Shown here: one piece after another, positions 40,410 through 50,620 of the stretch
How the letters are laid out: every line of letters begins with the position of its first letter
Position numbering within the stretch: position 1 is the stretch's first letter
The notes under the pieces: model-generated
Told to the model about the DNA's origin: nothing
What the model saw: the letters and a program-made list of their open reading frames with translations, nothing else
Database searches by the model: none
Made by a program: the position numbers and the translations under genes
NCBI RefSeq assembly: GCF_001194135.2
Contig: NC_068989.1
Coordinates: forward strand, 59,994,476-60,058,475
DNA: 64,000 bases
From: Octopus bimaculoides
Lineage: Eukaryota
Direction of reading: 5' to 3'

Positions 40410-40769
40410 ATTAATAGAAGTCACAAAAGTGACAGGGGGGTGGTACTGACTAGCGCCACTTTTGCTAAAGATAAGAGTTTAAATAGCTCAAAAGCTACAA
40501 ACTCACTGTCTTAAAGACTGACAAAGGGAGATAACTCCCCAGTGTACGTAGCCGGTTCGCGATTTCGGATTTTGATGAAGGCAGCTGATGAGGATTAAGA
40601 TGGTTTACTGCCAAGTCTGAAATCGCGATCCGTCTATCTATGCTAAGGAGTTACCTCTCTTTGTCAGTCATTAAGACTGAGTTTGTGGTTTTTGAGTTAT
40701 TTTAACCCTCATCTTTAGCAAAAGCGGTGCTAGTCAGTACCCTCTGTCATTTTTGTGACCTCTATTAAT
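40410..40769. mobile_element. 360-bp foldback / MITE-like element
   Basis: Arms from ATTAATAGAAGTCACAAAAGTGACAG to CTGTCATTTTTGTGACCTCTATTAAT pair imperfectly over about 160 nt, leaving a ~40-nt centre. A related terminal fragment lies near 2425-2480. Confidence 0.85.
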
Positions 40770-40796
40770 ACATATGTGTGTGTATCTCTCTCTGTC

Positions 40797-40977
<181 letters not shown>

Positions 40978-41049
40978 ATACATACATACATACACACACA
41001 ATTTTGCCAAAGCCAAATTGTTATATTTCGGGTCCGAGCTTTTGCAAAA

Positions 41050-42014
41050 TATGACACTATCACAAATATGACACTATCACATTTATTCGCTATGACCACC
41101 TCTGTTTCGAATCACAGCCTTGAGTCTAAGTGCGAATGCTTCACACGCGACACGCAGCTGTTCTTGCGGAATCGAAGCACATTTCTGGTGCTCTTTTGCC
41201 ATTACAGCATCGAACAAACTATGAGAAATGCTCGAGACATTTGTCTTCAAGTTAAAGCAAACAGAATAATCCAACGGGTTGAGATCGGGGCTACTTGAGG
41301 GCCATACATCCTTGCCTATGAACGACGGAATGTTTTTCTGAATCCAGTGTTGTGTCTGTTTGGAGCTGTGGGATGGTGCTGAGTCCTGCTGGAGGCTCCA
41401 AGGTGCACCTTGAAAGTGCTCATTCGCTCATATAAACAATTTAACTTCCAGAATGTCGCTAATATATCGCTGGGTATTATTTGTGCCGAAGGCCCAAATA
41501 CGAAGTGCCAGTAGCTGTCACAGCCGCCCAAGCCGTAACTGACTGTGGAGTTTGACGAGTCTACCCTCGACGGAGCCAGATACACTCCAAAGTCGGTCAT
41601 TCTGGTGGTTTACTACCTGTTCAATGTCAAATTTCTTTTCATCAGTGAATACCAGGTTAGACAGCGTGCCTTCAACAATCTGCCGCAGGATAAATTAATT
41701 TCTCTCCAGTCTCATGGCCTTATAAATTTGCAGGAGCCCATGACAGCTAGTCATCTTGTAGGGGTGGGTCCTGAGATCCTCCTTCAGCACTCGATACATT
41801 GATGTTCTGCTTACTTTTGCTGTGGCAGCCAGTTTTCTAGCGGAACGACAAGGATTTCACCGTATCTTATCTTTTCTCTGGTATTTTTGATAAGCTGAGG
41901 GTTCCGCACACTTCTTTTTCGGCCACGTTCAGCTCGATCAGCAATGGAACCAGCCTTGAAATTTCTTGACAATTTTCCAAACTGTTGTTCGATTAATTTT
42001 AAGCTTTCTTTTTT
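41050..42014 (-). mobile_element. maT (DD37D)-like transposase pseudogene (5' end in gap)
   Basis: INRTTVWKIVKKF; FTDEKKFDIEQ; LQQDSAPSH; WPSSSPDLNPLDYSV; AFALRLKAVIRNRGGHSE*. Confidence 0.88.
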
Positions 42015-42309
42015 NNNNNNNNNNNNNNNNNNNNNNNNNNNNNNNNNNNNNNNNNNNNNNNNNNNNNNNNNNNNNNNNNNNNNNNNNNNNNNNNNNNNNN
42101 NNNNNNNNNNNNNNNNNNNNNNNNNNNNNNNNNNNNNNNNNNNNNNNNNNNNNNNNNNNNNNNNNNNNNNNNNNNNNNNNNNNNNNNNNNNNNNNNNNNN
42201 NNNNNNNNNNNNNNNNNNNNNNNNNNNNNNNNNNNNNNNNNNNNNNNNNNNNNNNNNNNNNNNNNNNNNNNNNNNNNNNNNNNNNNNNNNNNNNNNNNNN
42301 NNNNNNNNN

Positions 42310-42341
<32 letters not shown>

Positions 42342-42495
42342 AAGTATATAATTTTATAAATATATTTATAAGATTATAATAGGGGCAAAACACATGCTAG
42401 AAAAAGACGCCAAATGACTAAACTACTTTATCTATCACATAGACACGCGCTGAAAGCGAAGGAATGAACAAAAAAGACTTTTTGAAAAAGTTTAG

Positions 42496-42556
42496 CCATA
42501 TATCAATCGATTTCTGGTTTAGTGATGTAATAGCACTTTACCATCATCAATATGAC
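42496..42556 (-). ncRNA. Hammerhead copy with C3U mutation (probably impaired)
   Basis: Minus strand CAUA-UUGAUGA-UGGU...ACCA-GAA-AUCGAUUGAU-A-UAUG. Confidence 0.6.
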
Positions 42557-42880
42557 ATAACCAAAAGTACATAATTATACACATTTATACATACCATACG
42601 AACACAACGTATCCACAGTGCATATACAAATGTTCAAACTTATATACAACTTATAGTTTGTTCATCTTAGCCACTTGTGAATAACCAAAATAATTCAGCA
42701 GTGAATAAATTTGGTTTCAGTGAATTCATATTTATCAATTAAAATCAAGGATAAAATCTATATAGGATTTTATCAAGTAGCTAGCAGGTAATAACCAATT
42801 AAGGTAAAAATTAATACAAAGTATATAATTTTATAAATGTAATTATAAAATTGTAATAAGGGCAAGAATCTTTGGTCATG

Positions 42881-42940
42881 TCATACTGATGATGGTAAAG
42901 TGCTATTACATCGCTAAACTAGAAATCGATCGATATATGG
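42881..42940 (+). ncRNA. Minimal type-I hammerhead ribozyme
   Basis: UCAUA-CUGAUGA-UGGUAAAGUG(CUAUUACAU)CGCUAAACUA-GAA-AUCGAUCGAU-A-UAUGG; helix III is a 10-nt palindrome and the triplet is AUA. Confidence 0.78.
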
Positions 42941-43182
42941 CTAAACTTTTTCAAAGTCTCTTTTGTTCATTCCTTCGCCTTCAGCGCGTGTCTATGTGAT
43001 AGCTAAAGTTATTAAGAGTCATTTGGCGTCTTTTTCTGGCATGTGGCATTACTTGGTTGCTGCCCTTATTACAACCTTATAATCACATTTATAAAATTAT
43101 ATACTTTGTATTAATTTTTACTTTAATTGGTTTTTACTTGCTAGCTACTTGATAAAAACCTATATAGATGTTATCCTTGATT

Positions 43183-43288
43183 AAGGCGGCGAGCTGGCAG
43201 AAACGTTAGCACGCCGGGCGAAATGCTTAACGGTATTTCGTCTGTCTTTACGTTCTGAGTTCAAATTCCGCCGAGGTCGACTTTGCTA
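43183..43288 (+). mobile_element. SINE family C, 5' part (runs into gap)
   Basis: AAGGCGGCGAGCTGGCAGAAACGTTAGCACGCCGGGCGAAATGC...GAGTTCAAATTCCGCCGAGGTCGACTTTG. Confidence 0.88.
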
Positions 43289-44099
43289 NNNNNNNNNNNN
43301 NNNNNNNNNNNNNNNNNNNNNNNNNNNNNNNNNNNNNNNNNNNNNNNNNNNNNNNNNNNNNNNNNNNNNNNNNNNNNNNNNNNNNNNNNNNNNNNNNNNN
43401 NNNNNNNNNNNNNNNNNNNNNNNNNNNNNNNNNNNNNNNNNNNNNNNNNNNNNNNNNNNNNNNNNNNNNNNNNNNNNNNNNNNNNNNNNNNNNNNNNNNN
43501 NNNNNNNNNNNNNNNNNNNNNNNNNNNNNNNNNNNNNNNNNNNNNNNNNNNNNNNNNNNNNNNNNNNNNNNNNNNNNNNNNNNNNNNNNNNNNNNNNNNN
43601 NNNNNNNNNNNNNNNNNNNNNNNNNNNNNNNNNNNNNNNNNNNNNNNNNNNNNNNNNNNNNNNNNNNNNNNNNNNNNNNNNNNNNNNNNNNNNNNNNNNN
43701 NNNNNNNNNNNNNNNNNNNNNNNNNNNNNNNNNNNNNNNNNNNNNNNNNNNNNNNNNNNNNNNNNNNNNNNNNNNNNNNNNNNNNNNNNNNNNNNNNNNN
43801 NNNNNNNNNNNNNNNNNNNNNNNNNNNNNNNNNNNNNNNNNNNNNNNNNNNNNNNNNNNNNNNNNNNNNNNNNNNNNNNNNNNNNNNNNNNNNNNNNNNN
43901 NNNNNNNNNNNNNNNNNNNNNNNNNNNNNNNNNNNNNNNNNNNNNNNNNNNNNGGGGGGGGAGAATTATGAAAAAGTAATAGGAGCATAAGTAATAGAAG
44001 TAACATCAGGAACGGGGCAAATACTACTAATAATAATAACATTGAGAAAACATAAATGAGAATAATTAAAATAGTAATAGCAACAATAATAATCAAAAT

Positions 44100-45600
44100 A
44101 AGAAAACAAATGATTACCCGTTACCAAGTCCGGAAAAAGAATTTCGCGAAGTTGAATGGAAAAAATATTTTTCAAAGTTGAACTTAACAAACAAAAAAAA
44201 TATGTGTTGCTGGACGTAACACAGATTCAAACTTGTATTCGATGTGATAATGTGCTTATGTTTATACAGAGGGTCGTAATACCTTTTTCACTAAAAGAAT
44301 TCCACAGTAGACATCCAGAAATTTCTAGCATGAAGTCACTTATGAGGAGTTATGTCTACTGGCCGAAAATGGATCTAGATATGGAGAAGTTGGTAAAATC
44401 TTTTAGAGGTTGTGTTCTTGCAGCGAAATCACCACCTAAAAAAATTTCAACCTTGGCCCAAAATTGATATTCCATGGACCAGATTACACATAGATTTTGC
44501 AGGACCATTAAACGGATCATATTATCTAATAGTGGTAGATATCTTTACAAAATAGCCAGAAATGTTTAAGCGTAGAAAACCGACCTCCACGATAACTGTG
44601 AATTTTCTACACGAACTTTTTACATGGCATGGTGTTCCGGACACCATAGTCTTCGATAACGGTACACAATTTACTGCGAGTGAATTTAAGAAAATTTGCA
44701 ATATATTCTTAACTGAACATATCACTACTCCTCCGTATCACGTAAGATCGAACGGACAAGCTGAACGCTTTGTGGACATATTCAAAAGAGTGCTGAGGAA
44801 ATCCAGAAATGAAGTAGAGGAGGATGTAGCATTGCAACAATTCTTGAGAGTTTGCCGTGTAACGCCAAACCCAAATGCCCCTTCAAGCATGTCGCTGCTG
44901 AATTGATGCTCGCAAGAAAAATTAGGTCAGTTTTTGATAAACTCTTACCTGGAAGCAAAATAAAAATCGGGGGGAAACACTAAAAATACGACCAAGTATT
45001 TAAAAACTGGTGATAAGGTATTTTTCACAGTGTACAGAAATGGAAAAGAAGGTTGGGAAGACGGCGAAATTATAAAATGAATCGGTAAAATGGTGTACAT
45101 GGTGAAAGGTTCGAAATGGGAACACAAAAGACACACAAGTCAGCTGAAATGAAGGTTTGCTGAAGAAAGGGTTACTAGGAAAGAAGTACTCACGGAAGTT
45201 CTCTAAAATATTTTTGATGTGCCGATTCTGCAAGAAATCGTCGAACCAAGGCGTACCAGTACAAGCAAAAGAAAACATACGGAAATGTTGGCGGTAGTTC
45301 GAAAGCGAAAAAATATTTAGCTTCCGAGGGAAGTAAATCTCGAAAAGGGAGATGCGGTGTGAAAAAAAAAAAATAATATTCACTTCCGACGAAAGTAAAT
45401 CGCAAAAGGGGAGATGTGGTGATTAATATTAACACCCCTGTGTGATTAAAAGGTGGACTCGTTAAAATCATATATCTGCAATGAAGGATATAAAAAGTTG
45501 AAAGAAAAACGTAATTAATAATGAATTCAATAAAGATAAATGTGATATTCATGATGAGGTATTCTACGCATCCCCATGTTTTTGTTTCTGCCATTCACCA
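44100..45600 (+). mobile_element. Gypsy LTR retrotransposon fragment (RT start, integrase, PPT, 3' LTR start)
   Basis: NDYPLPSPE RT start; HSRHPEISSMKSLMRSYVYWP zinc-binding region; LHIDFAGP; DNGTQFTA; PPYHVRSNGQAERFV; PPT AAAAGGGGAGA (45404-45414) followed by TGTGG. The LTR right end is uncertain. Confidence 0.9.
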
Positions 45601-46736
45601 TTATAAAGTTCTGGTTTCATATCTAAATCATTATTAAAAAAACTGACTAATGCATTCAGTACTTAGATAAATTCCATCACTTTTGATGGTTAATGTGCTA
45701 ATACTCACACACACACACACACGCGTTATAAATTTGTGCAAAGTTCATTATTCACTTCGTTACTACTCTCATTCTATAAAATCTTTCAGACGAGAACAAA
45801 AATACAAAAATAAATTACAGATTGTAAATCTGTTCAGTAATTATTTTCCTGAAGAACGTTAGGTCATATTGTGTCTTATAATATATATGATTACGAGAAC
45901 TATATTCAATGAGATAACTAATTACTGATATCACTATGCATAGTGAGATGACACTGTTTACACTGGTTATAAAGGAGAAATATTAATCTTGAAAAGTGAT
46001 GAATGTTAAGCTTGAACCTGAGTAGTGACAGAGTGAATCACCAACTTTGTAGAAATAAATATATTCAACCACATGTATTGATTACTTTCCCTCTTGTTTT
46101 TTTTTAAACCAAAAACATGAGTGCACACACACACACACGTATATATATATATACATATATATATATATGTAATACACACACACACACACCGATCGCCTTC
46201 ATTCTTTTTGTCAACATAGCGTTATCCAGCGAAAGAGTTTCTATTCACCCACTCTATAAACAAGTTACAAGATTGCTTTCGAGAGAAGAAAAAAAAACAT
46301 AACAATGAAAATTAAATAGCTATGCAGTTGTAGGTGGTTTATGTAAATAGAAAAAAGAAAAAAGATCCTTTTTGGTGTTAAAAGCAAGTATTTTTCAGCT
46401 GTTGATATTTCTGTTAGTATTTCTCTTTACATTCGCGACAGACATAACTAGCGCCATAGCAAAGACCGTTCGCTCGTTTGCTACATTCATTGAAACTATA
46501 TTCATTCTTCTTATGTCAAGAGATGTTAAACATCCCGACAATTCTTTTAAAGATAAGATTTCTATAACTTCATATTTTTCGTCTGCTTTTTCTACATGAA
46601 ATATATAAAAACAACTCTTGCACAAGAAATTTCTTTTGTGTAGCTTACATTTGCTATGTGCAGTGATAAACAAAATAAATATTGTCGTAAAATCGAATGT
46701 GGTTTGGAATGACAATGACATGAAATGCTAGATGTC

Positions 46737-47380
46737 AAACTGTATGGTTGGATGGGCATCCAACTTATACCTCGCCTGTTGAGATATAAAACTGTATAGT
46801 TGGATGGGTGTACCAACCCATGCCCTACCTGCAAGATATGAAACTGTATATTGGGGTGGGAAATCTAACTATACTTCGTTTGCTTGATATCAAACTGTAT
46901 ATGTTGGTGGCACTCCGTCGCTTACGACGTCGAGGGTTCCAGTTGATCCAATCAACGGAACATCCTGCTCGTGAAATTAACGTGCAAGGGCTGAGCACTC
47001 CACAGACACGTGTACCCTTAACGTAGTTCTCGGGGATATTCAACGTGATACAGTGTGACAAGGCTGACCCTTTGAATTACAGGCACAACAGAAACAGGAA
47101 GTAAGAGTGAGAGAAAGTTGTGGTGGAAGAGTACAGCAGGGTTCGCCACCATCCCCTGCCGAAGCCTCGTGGAGCTTTTAGGTGTTTTCGCTCAATAAAC
47201 ACTCACAACGCCCAGTCTGGAAATCGAAACCGCAATCCTATGACCGCGAGTCCGCTGCCCTAACCAGTGGGCCACTGCGCCTCCACTATCAAACTGTATA
47301 TAAGAGTGGGCAACCAACAAATACCCTACCTGACTGTATAGGTGGATGGGCAACAAATTTATAGTTAACCTGTTGATATC
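46737..47380. repeat. Degenerate ~52-bp minisatellite interrupted by a SINE
   Basis: About 5 units sharing GATATNAAACTGTATA.TTGGATGGG...CCAAC...CCTACCTG. Confidence 0.8.
46902..47286 (-). mobile_element. SINE family B, full length with 14-bp TSD
   Basis: TSD TATCAAACTGTATA at 46888-46901 and 47287-47300. Confidence 0.95.
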
Positions 47381-48338
47381 TGCTCAAAGCCAATCGCAGC
47401 GGCGTGCACTGAAGAAAACCAACAAGAGTTATCCGTTGTGCTGGTGACGCAAGAGTGATGATCAAACTGCGTAAAAAGTTCTTCTGAATCTAAATCTGTA
47501 TCTATAGTAGATTTCCTATCGTCGTAATTGTTGCAGAAAAATTCTTCATGTAAGACTAGGATACCCAGCAGGTAGATGACTGTTCCCTGTACAAGACCGG
47601 TAAACGAAAGCCATAGTTTTGGATATGAACTTCATGCCTAGAGTATGGATAGAATGGTGATATTGACATAGTTTATTAACCGAAATGTTATTTATGATTA
47701 ATTGCTATATTATTCTTTATTAGTGACTGTATTTTGCATTACTTAACGATTTATTGTTGACTGCTATATAAATAATAATTAACAATTATAGTTCCATTTA
47801 CAATTAGTGTGAAGTAAACCCCCGAAGTTATGCAGTTTAATTTTTTCTATAAATGTCGATCATGTTTTTGGGAAAGGAAAGCTCTAAAGTTTACAGGCTG
47901 AAATTCATTTCAGCATAAACAGTTCCAAGACACCAGCTAAGAAGCAATTTTTATTACTAATTGTTAGGTAGTTGATAGCTGAAGCTGGTTGGGTCCGTTA
48001 AGTGTAAAATTATTGGCCGATTTAATGGTCATTTACATTTTGTATTCAGTGCAGTTGCTGGATTATTAGAAACAATAGCAAGAAAGGCACCCTGAGTAGC
48101 TGCAGTTGTAATGAAAGATAATAATGACTATTTTATCAGATTTCAAAGTTGAGTTCAATCCACTTTTCCTGTGGCTATACAGAGGGGAAAGTAAGATCAC
48201 TTTGGTGTATTCTACCAGCAGAACTCCAAGTCAGTAAAATGACTCAGGAGCTTAAATTTGCCGAAGCGATCATAACAGTTAACCGAAAGAATGAAAAGAA
48301 AAAAGAAAAAAAATTATGTTAATATGAATCTATCATTT

Positions 48339-48550
48339 AAGGCAACGAGCTGGTAGAATCCTTAGCACCCTGGATCAAATGCTTACTGGTAGTTCGTCCG
48401 ATTTTATGTTCTGAGTTCAAATCCGCTGAGGTCGACTTTACTTTTCATTTTTCATCCTTTTGTGGTCGATAAAATAAGTACCCTTTGAATAGTGGGGTCG
48501 ATGTAATCGACTTACCCCCTCCCCTCGAAGTTGCTGACCTTGTACCAAAA
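48339..48550 (+). mobile_element. SINE family C, diverged
   Basis: AAGGCAACGAGCTGGTAG...TTTCATCCTTTTGTGGTCGATAAAATAAGTACC. Confidence 0.8.
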
Positions 48551-48589
48551 TTGCTGACCTTGTACCAATGGATACATTTTACATACATT

Positions 48590-48993
48590 ACTCTTTTACT
48601 CTCTTTACTCTCTTTACTCTTATACTTGCTTCAGTCATTTGACTGCAGCCATGCTGGAGCACCGCCTTTAGTCGAGAAAATCGACCCCAGGACTTATTCT
48701 TTGTAAGCCTAGTACTTATTCTATCGGTCTCTTTTTGCCGAACCGCTAAGTTACGGGGGACGTCAACCGATGTTGGGGTGGCAAACACAGACACACAAAC
48801 ACATACATATATATATATATACATATATACGACGGACTTCTTTCAGTTTCCATCTACTAAATCCACTCACAAGGCTTTGGTCGGCCCGAGGCTATAGTAG
48901 AAGACACTTGCCCAAGGTGCCACGCAGTGGGACTGAACCCGGAACCATGTGGTTGGTAAGCAAGCTACTTACCACACTGCCACTCCTGCGCCT
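48590..48993 (-). mobile_element. SINE family A, near full length
   Basis: Matches 14338-14740 and 26670-27118, with a small internal deletion. Confidence 0.9.
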
Positions 48994-49295
48994 ATTGATA
49001 ATTATTCTTTGGAAAAGTAAAATACCGCAACTTTCTCTAACCATTCAGAAAATAAAAGTAAAAAAATATTTTGTAAGAAACTGTTATAAGTGACTCTAAT
49101 AATATAGTAAATTGGTAAATATCTGCCATTCCACAGAACCATGCTACTCTCAGAAAATCGCTAACGATCAAACAACTCTAAAATGTTGCACGCCAAAATT
49201 CACTGACAAACATAAACAATAGACGAACACGCAACAACACACATTCGAAAGCTCCTGACACCAACAAACACGTTTCAGGTGAAATGATGCAAACA

Positions 49296-49346
<51 letters not shown>

Positions 49347-49590
49347 ATCAAAATTGAGTAGGCGATAAATATTGGAATGAAGAATCTATTTTTTTTTGTG
49401 CCTGAAACTATGAAAGGAAAAATGTAGCGTAAAGTTACTAACAGTATTAGCAAGAAAGAAACAAAACAAAAAAATTATGAGAAACGACTTTCTAATATTG
49501 GTTGTGATGGAATCTAGTTGCATCACCTTACAGAAAGAATAAAAAAAAGTAGATGAAATACAGAAAACAGGTATGTAAAAAACTTTCCTC

Positions 49591-49668
<78 letters not shown>

Positions 49669-50434
49669 GAAAAAAGAGGGTAGAAGAGAGAGGGATGGTG
49701 GGAAGGAGAGAAAGTGAGACGGAGAGAGAGAATTACAGTTAAAAATAAATCAGAAAAGACCAACTGTTCCGTGTTCTATAAAAAACAGAAAGCTGTATAG
49801 TGCCAGTGTTGGAGTAGTTTTGAATCCAATATTGCTTGCATTTGCTGATGAAGAATGTATTGTAATATTTGATCAAATTCTCACTTGCACCTAGTGACCC
49901 CAGGATATTAAGCTAGATTTACTGTTTTGTTTGATTCAATGTACATCAAATGGGATTAATATTTAGATGGTAAATGGAAATTGCTATCGGAAAGATAGAG
50001 AAATAGTGACATTTTGTAATAGTAGTAGTGTTTGTTTTTATTGTTGTTGTAGCTGTTGTTTTCTCTAACTTCACACCTTAAAGTGATCGATTTCTTAGTG
50101 ATATTTTTGGAGAGAATGTGCTTCAGTAGTTTCCATTGTCGACTCCAAACCGAAGAGAATATTCGAACTCTGTTTTAAGATAAACCGTTCATTAATGTTG
50201 TAGTTTACAGAACTAAGCTCAGCTCTATCTATCCATGGTACTTCTTAGAGTCCAGTGGACTGAAGAAAAGAGAATTGTTTTCCTTCTAGAAAATATCAAG
50301 AGACGAGATATTAACCATTCACTTTTCATACGGTCTTTCAGCATCTTCTGATCCTTGCATTTAAATCATAACATCTAACAGAAACATCTTTGAAGTGTAC
50401 ATTTGTAAAGTTTTATTTAATTATTCTAACACAA

Positions 50435-50620
50435 ACACAAGGTCACGTATTTGTTGGAAGAAGACAGTCGGTGAAATCAAACCCAATACAGGACTAGTAT
50501 TCTATTTTATCGAGTCCGGAAGGGCGAGAGGCAAATTTGGCCTCGGTGGAATTTGAACTCCAAATGCAAAGAACTGGAACAAATACCACAAGACATTTTG
50601 TTTGAAACGTTAATGATTCT
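50435..50620 (-). mobile_element. SINE family C, highly diverged
   Basis: CCTCGGTGGAATTTGAACTC (B-box-like on minus strand) and TTTTATCGAGTCCGGAAGGG. Confidence 0.65.

Larger units (their letters stand above)
42341..43181. repeat. Interleaved inverted-repeat module carrying two opposed hammerheads
   Basis: 42341-42570 is the reverse complement of ~42870-43108; 42745-42865 is the reverse complement of ~43060-43181. Confidence 0.88.

Noticed and set aside
46414-46591. Selenoprotein reading of the two in-frame TGAs
   Set aside because: No SECIS is recognisable; CGA-to-TGA decay is a simpler explanation.
46372-46599. Signal-peptide-like plus-strand ORF (MVLKASIFQLLIFLLVFLF...)
   Set aside because: It starts at TTG, its hydrophobicity is expected from the antisense of A-rich sequence, and there is no homology.
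46737-47380. CRISPR-like repeat/spacer appearance
   Set aside because: The 'spacers' are homologous to each other, the repeats are degenerate, the context is eukaryotic and there are no cas genes; this is a minisatellite.
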